Assembly: GCA_964489875.1 (NCBI GenBank)
Contig: CAZAZW010000002.1
Span: forward strand, 385 to 64,384
Direction: 5' to 3'
DNA from: an uncultured Gammaproteobacteria bacterium
GTDB taxonomy: Bacteria; Patescibacteriota; Microgenomatia; Daviesbacterales; UBA10151
Length of the DNA stretch: 64,000 bases
The notes beneath the pieces were generated by a model. That model had not been told where the DNA came from. It searched no databases and saw only the letters and a program-made list of their open reading frames with translations. Made by a program: the position numbers and the translations under genes. Positions 36,824 through 45,242 of this stretch are shown here, piece after piece (position 1 is the stretch's first letter; each line of letters starts with the position of its first letter).

Positions 36824-37312
36824 ATGAAAAAATTTATCATCCAGTTTATATTGCTAATGTTGGTTTTAGGCGGGGCTCTTTTTATCTTTCAACAAAATCC
36901 AAATCTTTCCAATCTGCCATTTGTGCCGAAGCAGCCTGCATTTAAGGAATTGGAGATAGATGGTGCAAAACTTAAGGTGGAGATAGCTGATACTCAGGAA
37001 AAAAGAAGCAAAGGTTTAGGTGGAAGGCAAGCTTTGGCATCAGAGGAGGGAATGTTGTTCATCTTTCCGGATACGCAAAAACGGCCCTTTTGGATGAAAG
37101 GGTTAAGTTTCCCGCTAGATTTTATCTGGATTAGGGAAGATAAGGTTGTGGATTTGTTACATAGGGTTCAACCTCCGGCCCCGGGGCAAACAGATGAATC
37201 ATTGCCGATTTACCAATCTAAGGAAGAGGTGGATAAGGTGTTGGAAGTTCCGGCCGGTACAATCCAAGGGTTAAATATTAAAGTTGGAGATACTGTTAAA
37301 ATTCTTCCATAA
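36824..37312 (+). CDS. DUF192 domain protein
   Basis: GLGGRQALASEEGMLFIF...FWMKGLSFPLDFIWI pattern, with an N-terminal signal/TM. Confidence 0.75.
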   Translation: MKKFIIQFILLMLVLGGALFIFQQNPNLSNLPFVPKQPAFKELEIDGAKLKVEIADTQEKRSKGLGGRQALASEEGMLFIFPDTQKRPFWMKGLSFPLDFIWIREDKVVDLLHRVQPPAPGQTDESLPIYQSKEEVDKVLEVPAGTIQGLNIKVGDTVKILP

Positions 37313-37315
37313 ATT

Positions 37316-38845
37316 ATGATCGAGATACTGCCTATCAGAGTATTAACAGATCAGGATGCAATTATTTTTGGCTCATTAAGTGTTTCACTGGGTAAGCTTT
37401 CAAGGTTGGGATTCCCTGTGGCAGCAGGTATTGTGGTAACTGCACCTTATTTAAAACTTAAAACTACTTTGGAGAGTTTTGACTTTGGTTCAAAAGAGGT
37501 CTTTCAGCAATCACTGATTTTAGTTAAAAAAGAAATAAATAGAATTCCGGTGCCGGAAATTTTGGAAAAGGAAACCGGTAAGCATAAAATGTTTTTTTTA
37601 GAAGGAAAAAAGGTTAAAGGAATTAAGGGTTTATGGGTTGCCCTGCTGGATTTGTGGTTGGAGCAAATAAGGACCAGGCTTTGGAGTAATGGTTTCTACG
37701 GCGGTATCACGGAGAGTTTGGATCCAAAAGCAATTGCTTTCATCAAAAACCCAGAGTCTCTAGCCAACTCTTTTGAAGATAAATTCCAAGATGATGTGGT
37801 GGTTAATGTAACTGCCGGCAAAATGCATCCAGCTGATTTGAAAAAAATAGTGGAATTGACAGAAGCTGCCAATAAAAAATTATTTTTGCCGAATGAGTAT
37901 GTGTGGATAGTGGATAGGGGAGTTAAGCTGGTTGGCATTAAGCCCTACACTTCTTCTCCAGCGCTTATGGAGGAGATGGTTGCTAATCCCATAGCTCTAG
38001 CCTCCAGGGGGATGCCTTACAAGGCTAAAAGTGCTGTTAAGGTATTTTTTGATTTATCCAGTGAACTAATTTTAGAAAAGCAAGTTGATGGGATTTATAT
38101 TGCTTCCGAGAAGATTTTTGATTTAAACAAGCCAAATGAATCTTTTGATAATTTAGTTTCTAGGTTAGTAGAATCCGCTACTACTTTTAGCAACTCCCCT
38201 GTTTTTTTGAAATTAGCTGATATGCATAGCATGCGACTGCCTGATGGCAGTCTTAAATCAGAAGGGATGGGAAAAGTCCGTGGAACTTTGCGGTTACTTC
38301 ATCAAAAAAGTTTACTTGATCCGTTGCTTTCAGCTTTGGATTTTGCCCGCCACAAGAAGAATTTGACTAATATTCACATTGTGATCCCGTTTGTCCGGGG
38401 AGTAAATGAACTGCTGCAGATTAAAAGGGAGTTAGCTACTAAGAAGTTGATGAGAAAAGCCTCACTCCAATATTGGATGGAGGTAGCAATCCCGGAAAAC
38501 ATTATTAATTTGGAAGATTATCTGCTGAGTGGAATTGATGGTGTGGTATTAAACCTGGATGAGCTGATAGCGCATGTTAATGGTTTCGATCCGGCGGAGC
38601 CGGAGTTGGCTCTTTATAAAAATGAAGTAGATGGGTTAATTAAATTCTTAGAAGATGGCATTAGGCTTTTGCACAAATCAAAAATTCCTTTTTTAGCTTA
38701 TGGCAGTATTTGTATAAATCAAAAGGTATTGGAGTTTTTAGTAGAAAAGGGAGTTTATGGGTTGGTAGTAGAAAGATATGAAGCCCATTCAGCTAAAGAT
38801 TTGCTTCATCAGGCTGAAAGAAGAATGATATTAAGAAAGAGCTAG
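37316..38845 (+). CDS. PEP-utilising-enzyme-like protein (PPDK_N-like N-terminus + TIM-barrel-like C-terminus, no obvious phosphohistidine domain)
   Basis: The N-terminus LGKLSRLGFPVAAGIVVT resembles the PEP/pyruvate-binding ATP-grasp start. The C-terminus GIDGVVLNLDELIAHVNG resembles the PEP-utilizers_C motif. No GGxTSHAAI-type swivel motif was seen. Confidence 0.5.
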   Translation: MIEILPIRVLTDQDAIIFGSLSVSLGKLSRLGFPVAAGIVVTAPYLKLKTTLESFDFGSKEVFQQSLILVKKEINRIPVPEILEKETGKHKMFFLEGKKVKGIKGLWVALLDLWLEQIRTRLWSNGFYGGITESLDPKAIAFIKNPESLANSFEDKFQDDVVVNVTAGKMHPADLKKIVELTEAANKKLFLPNEYVWIVDRGVKLVGIKPYTSSPALMEEMVANPIALASRGMPYKAKSAVKVFFDLSSELILEKQVDGIYIASEKIFDLNKPNESFDNLVSRLVESATTFSNSPVFLKLADMHSMRLPDGSLKSEGMGKVRGTLRLLHQKSLLDPLLSALDFARHKKNLTNIHIVIPFVRGVNELLQIKRELATKKLMRKASLQYWMEVAIPENIINLEDYLLSGIDGVVLNLDELIAHVNGFDPAEPELALYKNEVDGLIKFLEDGIRLLHKSKIPFLAYGSICINQKVLEFLVEKGVYGLVVERYEAHSAKDLLHQAERRMILRKS

Positions 38846-39502
38846 TCTGAACAGTAAAATATACTCCCCTTTAGGGTTTTTCAGGGTGGAGAGCCACTCT
38901 GAGGCGGGTCTTGTCTCAACGCTTTGATGGATTTTGGTCAGTTCATGAGCCAGCGTTATATCGATATCTTCAAACACCTCCTGCATATTTTCCAGGGTTT
39001 TTATCAACTTATGGGGAGCTACAAAAACGATGTAGGTAGTTGGTAGATGGCAGAGGGTAGTTTGGAGGTCTTTCAGGAACTTAAGACGTTTGCCTTCTTT
39101 TTCAGGAAGGTAGCCCAGGAAGAAAAATTTGTCCGGCGGCAGACCGGAAAGGGTAAGCGCCGGCAGTATGGAGGAGGGGCCTGGTAGTGAGTCAATTGGT
39201 ATCCCCTGGTTAATACATTCACGTACTAGTTTATATCCCGGGTCAGAAATAAGTGGAGTGCCTGCATCAGAGACAAGAGCCCAGTTTTCCTGCTTTAACC
39301 ATTCAATAATTGTGGGAATCATTTTTGCTTCATTGTAATCATTTAAAACCTGGAGAGGTTTTTTGATTTGGTAATGGTTTAATAAAAGTGCAGTCCTTCT
39401 AGTGTCTTCACAAATTATCCCGTCAACTGACTGCAAGATCTCTAAAGCTCTTAAAGTGATGTCTTTTAAATTTCCAATGGGTGTAGGAACGATGTGCAAC
39501 AT
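38831..39502 (-). CDS. rsmI: 16S rRNA (cytidine1402-2'-O)-methyltransferase
   Basis: LHIVPTPIGNLKDITLRALEIL...CEDTR...SDAGTPLISDPG, the tetrapyrrole-methylase-fold RsmI pattern. Confidence 0.85.
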   Translation of the reverse strand: MLHIVPTPIGNLKDITLRALEILQSVDGIICEDTRRTALLLNHYQIKKPLQVLNDYNEAKMIPTIIEWLKQENWALVSDAGTPLISDPGYKLVRECINQGIPIDSLPGPSSILPALTLSGLPPDKFFFLGYLPEKEGKRLKFLKDLQTTLCHLPTTYIVFVAPHKLIKTLENMQEVFEDIDITLAHELTKIHQSVETRPASEWLSTLKNPKGEYILLFRLALS

Positions 39503-39721
39503 AACGAGAGTATATCACGACCTTGATATAAATTAACCTTTTCTGCCGAGGATGATATTACCAAAAACATATCCTTCAAAGTTTCTGTTAGAACCAACCT
39601 TTATGGATTCCTCTTTGATAGATTTAATGGCCGGTGAATCAATTGGTGCAGTCCAGAGGATTATAAAATCCTTCAGGATTGTCTTTAGTAAAATTCTTTT
39701 GATATTTATCATAATTTTCTT

Positions 39722-39830
39722 CAGCTGAAGGGCAGGATTAAGAATTATGTTAAGGACATTAATTTAAAATTCAGTCTTAATTCTTATTCTTAAGATATTA
39801 ACCTAAAGTTAATTTCCTGCCCCCAGCCTG
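39722..39830 (+). repeat. inverted-repeat-bounded intergenic element, copy 1
   Basis: Termini are cagctgaagggcagga (39722-39737) and tcctgcccccagcctg (39815-39830). The 8-bp GC core gggcagga/tcctgccc pairs perfectly around a 77-nt AT-rich interior. Both termini recur at 59163-59281. Confidence 0.55.
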
Positions 39831-39899
39831 AACAAATTAAATTTATCAGAAAAAAAGTAAATAATCTGTTATTTGGATTACAAGAATCGGGGGCGGAAT

Positions 39900-40283
39900 T
39901 TAACTTAGGACTTCTTTAACTTGTTTAACTATGTCAGAAAGCTTAACGTTGCTTTTAACCAGAAAATCATATACTCCAATTTTCATTGCTTCGGATACTT
40001 TTTTCTGGTCATTTAGGTTAGACAGGATAATGACAGGCACACCCTTGCCCCAATTGTCCTTTCGTAACTTTTTAAGCATAGTTAGTCCGTCCATTTGGGG
40101 TAGGATGATATCCAGTAAGATCATTTCCGGATGAAACTTCAAGGCCAGTTTAATGCCTGCTTCCGCGCTTTGCGCGCTGAAGACCTTAAATCCCGAATCC
40201 TTAAATTTGTCGGATAAAAGCTCTAACAGGATGCCTTCATCTTCAATCACCAGTATTTTCTTTTCCCAATTTGTTTTTTTCAT
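39900..40283 (-). CDS. single-domain (CheY-like) response regulator
   Basis: ILVIEDE...MILLDIILPQMDG...VIILSN...K receiver motifs, with no output domain. Confidence 0.9.
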   Translation of the reverse strand: MKKTNWEKKILVIEDEGILLELLSDKFKDSGFKVFSAQSAEAGIKLALKFHPEMILLDIILPQMDGLTMLKKLRKDNWGKGVPVIILSNLNDQKKVSEAMKIGVYDFLVKSNVKLSDIVKQVKEVLS

Positions 40284-40286
40284 AAG

Positions 40287-42008
40287 CTAATCCCCTACTA
40301 TTTGTTCTGGCAGAGTCACAATAAAAGTAGCACCCTTTCTCAACTTTGATTCAACAGTAATTTTACCATTCATTTGGGAAATTATGGCGCTTACGATATA
40401 GAGCCCGAGTCCCGATCCTTCAAACTTATTTTTCACATTTTTGGCCCGATACATCTTCTGGAATATTTTTTCCTGGGCTGATTTCGGAATACCCAAGCCG
40501 GAATCAGAAACCTGTAAAATTAGCTCTTTTTCCGTCTTTGAAATCTTCAAGCTGACTCTGCCGCCGGGGGGAGTAAATCTTACCGCATTGGACAGGAGGT
40601 TTCGTAAAATTAGATAAATAGCATTGGAGTATGTTTTATATTTTTTAATATTACTGCCAAAATCAGATTTAAAGTTTATTTTTTTGTTCCTGATTTGGGA
40701 GTTTAAATCTATGATCACATCCGAGGCAATATCCAGGGGGTTTACCTCCTCATATTTATACGGGAAAACCCCGAGCTCCATTTTAGTGGCATCCAGCAGG
40801 TCATTGGTCAGTTTAATCACCCTTTGGGTCTGGTTGTAAATTCGTTCCAGGCTTTTGTTTTGTTCGGTTGAAAACCCCCTTTTATCTTCAGAAATCTCCT
40901 CTATTGACCAGGCGATAGTTGATAAAGGAGACCTTAGTTCATGGGAAGCAAAAGAAACAAATTCGTCTTTGGCTTTATTTAATCCCTCAAGCTGCAGAGC
41001 GTGTTCTACCAGTTCCTCTTCCGCTTTTTTTCGTCCGGAGATATCAATGCAAGTGCCCACCCATTCCCGGATATTGCCGTCCATACCAAATACAGGTACT
41101 CCGCGGACCAGGAAGTGGCGGTAAACTCCGTCGTGGCGCCTAATACGGTACTCAATCTCGTAGGGGATTTTTCCTGAAACCGCCTTTTTCCAAACTTTAG
41201 CAACGCGTTTAACATCGTTTGGATGAACGGCCTTTGACCATCTTGTACCCTTAACTTCCTCGAAGCTCTGGCCGGTATATTTTCTCCAGACAGGGAGATC
41301 TTCTTCAACCTCGCCTTTGGCATTGGTCGTCCATCCCAGCTGATCAGTCATTTCAATATAGGACCGAAAACGGGCTTCGCTCTGGCGCAGCGCTGCCTCC
41401 ATTTTGTTATGCCCGGCGCTTTCGATGTTTTTCCATTTGCCTCTTTGTTTAATCAGCGCGAATTCGTGATTTTGCACTACATCGATGACTTCACTGAAGC
41501 CGCATTTTTTTGAAGAATAAGTACAAAGCACCACCAGCTTGTATTTATCAATAACCTTATTAATTTCGGCTTCATACGTCGCAAAATCATTCCAGTCCTT
41601 TTTATTGTCTATCCAAAACGGATTGCCGCTGACCCTGGTCCCGCTGAAGCCTTTGGTAAGGGCCTGATCGTGTTTTCTGACCCAGTCGGCCAGTACGCGT
41701 TTCATTTCAAATTGGCCGCCTTTTAAATACCAAACGGTATGGGGAAAAATTTCAATTTGCCCTTTTTTAAAATATTTTGAAAAACTGGGTATGGCCGTTT
41801 TCATAGCAGCTGTTGCCTCTATGGTGTTTAAAAATTCAGAAGTGACCCAGACACACAGTTCGTTGTTTTCTAAGCCCTCTTTAAAATAGGGGACAAGTAC
41901 ATCCAGTAAGTCTTGCTTGGTCTCGTAAAACTGGCAAAAGTGAGTCCCCCAAGGGACCGCACCAATGACATCCAGACCTGTTTCCCTCAAGTTAGATTTT
42001 TCTTCCAT
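40287..42008 (-). CDS. cytoplasmic sensor histidine kinase: MEDS + PAS + HisKA + HATPase
   Basis: The N-terminus HFCQFYETKQDLLDVLVPYFKEGLENNELCVWV is the MEDS pattern. PAS region (RHDGVYRHFLVRGVPV), H-box SHELRSPLSTI and ATPase boxes follow. Confidence 0.8.
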   Translation of the reverse strand: MEEKSNLRETGLDVIGAVPWGTHFCQFYETKQDLLDVLVPYFKEGLENNELCVWVTSEFLNTIEATAAMKTAIPSFSKYFKKGQIEIFPHTVWYLKGGQFEMKRVLADWVRKHDQALTKGFSGTRVSGNPFWIDNKKDWNDFATYEAEINKVIDKYKLVVLCTYSSKKCGFSEVIDVVQNHEFALIKQRGKWKNIESAGHNKMEAALRQSEARFRSYIEMTDQLGWTTNAKGEVEEDLPVWRKYTGQSFEEVKGTRWSKAVHPNDVKRVAKVWKKAVSGKIPYEIEYRIRRHDGVYRHFLVRGVPVFGMDGNIREWVGTCIDISGRKKAEEELVEHALQLEGLNKAKDEFVSFASHELRSPLSTIAWSIEEISEDKRGFSTEQNKSLERIYNQTQRVIKLTNDLLDATKMELGVFPYKYEEVNPLDIASDVIIDLNSQIRNKKINFKSDFGSNIKKYKTYSNAIYLILRNLLSNAVRFTPPGGRVSLKISKTEKELILQVSDSGLGIPKSAQEKIFQKMYRAKNVKNKFEGSGLGLYIVSAIISQMNGKITVESKLRKGATFIVTLPEQIVGD

Positions 42009-42623
42009 TTAGTTTATCTCCGATTTTAAGGATTCAGTGTTCGGAATGGCAATAAAGTGGCTGCTATAAGAAATAAGCCTTTTGTTAAGTAGGTTATTGA
42101 TTTCTATCGTTACTCGTTCGCGTGACAGCCCAGTAAGACTTGCAATATCCTGATGTGTAAACCAGTAGGAGATAACCGTACCTTTCTCCTCTTTGTTCCC
42201 AAAACATTCAACCAGGTCTAAAATGGTAGCTACCACTTGTTGATAGGCATCACCGAAGATTTTAAACTCCAGTTTATTTATAGCTTTTTGCGAGAAAAAA
42301 GAGAGTTGTTTTATCAGTTCTGAGTTAATATCAGGTTTTTCTTTAATCAACTGCTGAAGCCTGGTAGTTTCGCAGGAGTAAACTTCTGCCGGAGTTAAGG
42401 ATTCGAAATAATATTCATTAATTTGTGTGTTCCACAAAATAGGGAAAACTGAAGAAGGAGAAAATATATGCAGCGTTAACTCCGTACCTTCCCTGGATAT
42501 TGTATATAACCGGATGTAACCCTGGTTTAAATAGAAAATATGATTTAGATTATTAGAAACCGTGATTGTTTCTTTTCTTCTGAAAAGCAAAGGCTTAAAT
42601 TGTTTAAAAAAATTATCTATCAT
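42009..42623 (-). CDS. Crp/Fnr family transcriptional regulator
   Basis: cNMP-binding beta-roll segment and a C-terminal HTH (HQDIASLTGLSRERVTIEINNL). Confidence 0.8.
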   Translation of the reverse strand: MIDNFFKQFKPLLFRRKETITVSNNLNHIFYLNQGYIRLYTISREGTELTLHIFSPSSVFPILWNTQINEYYFESLTPAEVYSCETTRLQQLIKEKPDINSELIKQLSFFSQKAINKLEFKIFGDAYQQVVATILDLVECFGNKEEKGTVISYWFTHQDIASLTGLSRERVTIEINNLLNKRLISYSSHFIAIPNTESLKSEIN

Positions 42624-42624
42624 T

Positions 42625-43740
42625 TTAATTTAAAGGTAGCATAACTTTGAATGTAGTTCCCATATTTCTCGTCGATGTAAAAGTAATTCTACCATTTAAG
42701 TGATCAACAATTGTTTTTGTAATATATAATCCAAGTCCGTTTCCCTCGATTTTACCCTTGACATTATCGGCCCGAAACATTTTTTGAAAGATTTTCTTCT
42801 GGGCTGATTTCGGAATACCCAAGCCGGAATCAGAGACCTGAAAAAATACCTGCTCTTCTTTTTTATCAATTTTTAAGCTGACTCTGCCACCCGGGGGAGT
42901 AAATTTGACCGCATTAGATAACAAATTATGCAAAATTAAATAGATAGCATTAGAGTATGTTTTATATGCGTTAATGTTTCTGTCGAAGTTTGTTTGAAAT
43001 TTTATTTTCTTGATACTGATTTGGTCGTTTAAATCTATAATCACATTTGAGGCGATATCCAGCGGATTTGCCGCCTCGTACTTAAAAGGGAAAACTCCCA
43101 ACTCAATTTTTGTCGCTTCTAAAAGGTCATTTGTCAGTTGGATCAATCTTTGAGTTTGATCATAGATTCGATCCAGACCTTTATTTTGTTTAATTGAATA
43201 TCCCTTTTTATCTTCAAGCAGTTGTTCTATTGACCAAGCTATAGTTGACAGAGGAGTTCTGAGTGAGTGCGAAGCGGAAGAAACAAACTCATCTTTGGCC
43301 CGGTTTAGATTTTCCAGTTGCTCAGCGTGTTTTGCCAATTCCGCTTCGGCAATTTTGTGGGTGGTAATATCGTGTTGGATCTGGACATAGAAAACCGGTT
43401 TACTGCCCACATAGATTGGAACATAACTGGCATCAATTTGATATATAGAACCGTCTTTTCTTTTATTTATCACTTCCCTGGTGGTAAAAGATTTACCTTT
43501 GGTAAGTGCCTGGTAAAGATTTTTATAAACTCTGAGGGGAGTCTGGCCACTTCGCAGCATCCGGGGGTTTTTGTCCTTAAGTTCCGATAAAGAATAACCT
43601 GTTAATTTCTCCAGAGCAGGATTGACATAAACAATGTTAGGGGTAGTATCCGTCACAATAATTGGTTCCGGTATTATTTCTAGAACCCTTATGAAATCCC
43701 GAGCTTTAATTTTTGATAACTGTTTTAAAAATAAATACAT
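42625..43740 (-). CDS. PAS-domain sensor histidine kinase (paralogue of 40287-42008)
   Basis: PAS (PIIVTDTTPNIVYVNPALEKLTGYS), H-box SHSLRTPLSTI and ATPase boxes. The C-terminal ~240 aa are very similar to the neighbouring kinase. ATG 43740 is preferred to the listed 43779. Confidence 0.8.
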   Translation of the reverse strand: MYLFLKQLSKIKARDFIRVLEIIPEPIIVTDTTPNIVYVNPALEKLTGYSLSELKDKNPRMLRSGQTPLRVYKNLYQALTKGKSFTTREVINKRKDGSIYQIDASYVPIYVGSKPVFYVQIQHDITTHKIAEAELAKHAEQLENLNRAKDEFVSSASHSLRTPLSTIAWSIEQLLEDKKGYSIKQNKGLDRIYDQTQRLIQLTNDLLEATKIELGVFPFKYEAANPLDIASNVIIDLNDQISIKKIKFQTNFDRNINAYKTYSNAIYLILHNLLSNAVKFTPPGGRVSLKIDKKEEQVFFQVSDSGLGIPKSAQKKIFQKMFRADNVKGKIEGNGLGLYITKTIVDHLNGRITFTSTRNMGTTFKVMLPLN

Positions 43741-43758
43741 TTTGTTACAATGATAAAT

Positions 43759-44367
43759 ATGCTGGAAAGTGTAGCACATTGGGTTATTTCTGTCATTTCA
43801 ACCGCCGGCTATCCGGGGATTATTTTGACAATGGCAATTGAATCAGCCTTGATTCCTCTTCCTTCTGAAATTATTATGCCGTTCTCAGGTTATTTGGTAT
43901 CTACAGGAAAGTTTGACTTAAATTTAGTAGCTTTAGCCGGAGCTGTAGGAAATGTAATCGGGTCGTTGGTTGCTTATGCCATAGGGTACTACGGGCATGA
44001 AAAATTAGTCAGGAGGTTTATCAGGAAATTCGGCAAATGGGTTTTAATTTCCGAGAAAGAGCTGGATGAGACAGAGAAATTGCTTCGCCGCTTTAATGAT
44101 TTGGTAGTTTTGGGAAGCAGGGTGGTTCCGGGAATCAGGACAGTTATTTCTTTGCCCTGTGGATTTGCCAAGCTGCCTTTGGGAAGGTTTATTGTTTTAA
44201 CCTTTATCGGATCTCTGGTTTGGTCATACTTTCTGGCTTGGATCGGATTTGTATTGGGTGAAAATTGGGACAGCTTGGGGCCGTACTTTCATAAAGCCGA
44301 TGCGGCAGTAGTAGTTCTGATAATCGGAGCAGTTTTATTCTATATCTACCACAAGCTGAAGAAATAG
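43759..44367 (+). CDS. DedA family membrane protein
   Basis: GYPGIILTMAIESALIPLPSEIIMPFSGY and VVPGIRTVISLPCG are DedA/SNARE-associated motifs. The start is 43750 or 43759; 43759 lies 7 nt after a TGTTACAAT element. Confidence 0.8.
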   Translation: MLESVAHWVISVISTAGYPGIILTMAIESALIPLPSEIIMPFSGYLVSTGKFDLNLVALAGAVGNVIGSLVAYAIGYYGHEKLVRRFIRKFGKWVLISEKELDETEKLLRRFNDLVVLGSRVVPGIRTVISLPCGFAKLPLGRFIVLTFIGSLVWSYFLAWIGFVLGENWDSLGPYFHKADAAVVVLIIGAVLFYIYHKLKK

Positions 44368-44985
44368 CTACTGGAATCGCCTGATGACCCCGACGCATTT
44401 TCCTTGTATTTTTACATCAGTAGCATAAATAGGGGACATGGAAGAGTTAGCAGGTTCTAGTCTGATACGGTCAGCTTCTTTGAAAAAACGTTTGAGTGTG
44501 GCCAGGCCATTTTCCAGCAGCGCTACTACAATATCACCGTCGATGGCTGTATTTTGTTCCTCTATAATGACATAGTCTCCGTCTAAAATACCCTCTTCTA
44601 TCATGGAATCACCTTTAACTTGCAGGACATATGAGCGTTTTTTGCCTGAGACCATGTTAGGGGCAACTTTGACAGTAGCATCAGGGTCTGTATAAGTCAT
44701 GATAGGCGCTCCGGCGGCAATAAAGCCTAAAACCGGCAGTTCAATACCTTTTAGAGTAGAAGAAATTTTCTGGTCCAAAAGCTCAATTCCTCTAACCGCT
44801 CCTTCAAAACGCTTGATAACACCTTTGTGGGCCAGCGCTTGCAAATGTTCATGGACAGTGGCCAAAGATGAAACTCCGATTGCTTCGGCGATTTCCCCCA
44901 AGGTGGGTGAGTAGCTATATTTATCAATATATTGTCTGATAAAATCCAGGATTTGCCTTTGTCTTCTGTAAAGGGTTATTGGCAT
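44368..44985 (-). CDS. lexA: LexA repressor (S24 peptidase)
   Basis: Winged-helix N-terminus (SPTLGEIAEAIGVSSLATVHEHLQAL), cleavage region FIAAGAPI, Ser/Lys protease domain VKGDSMIEEGILDGDYVII...TLKRF. Confidence 0.9.
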   Translation of the reverse strand: MPITLYRRQRQILDFIRQYIDKYSYSPTLGEIAEAIGVSSLATVHEHLQALAHKGVIKRFEGAVRGIELLDQKISSTLKGIELPVLGFIAAGAPIMTYTDPDATVKVAPNMVSGKKRSYVLQVKGDSMIEEGILDGDYVIIEEQNTAIDGDIVVALLENGLATLKRFFKEADRIRLEPANSSMSPIYATDVKIQGKCVGVIRRFQ

Positions 44986-45159
44986 GGTTTTGCGTTTTGT
45001 TTGTATAATTACATTACCAAATACAACCCGAAGTTGTCAATACCCTATTTAAGTAAGTAATTTGACTGAGAATTGGATTTCCATACCGGTTTCTTACAAA
45101 ATTACTATTTATTTTATACACGGCCCTGAGAGAATGGCTCATTAAGTATTACTTGATCA

Positions 45160-45204
45160 ATAAAGATTGTGATAAAGATTACAGAAAATTATAGGTTTAA
45201 GATT
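45160..45204 (+). promoter_or_regulatory. phased direct repeats (A)TAAAGATT x2 + TTAAGATT abutting a TATAAA -10-like hexamer
   Basis: taaagatt at 45161-45168 and 45173-45180, and ttaagatt at 45197-45204 (offsets of 12 and 24 nt). tataaa follows at 45204-45209, 33 nt upstream of the giant-gene ATG. Confidence 0.35.
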
Positions 45205-45242
45205 ATAAAATCAAAAAAATAAAAAGGCCATAAAGCCAACAA

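Noticed and set aside
44365-44370. Back-to-back stop codons TAGCTA of DedA and lexA with zero intergenic distance, considered as a possible bidirectional terminator or assembly joint.
   Set aside because: Both genes are complete with normal C-termini. Such abutting convergent stops occur in compact genomes, and no hairpin is present.
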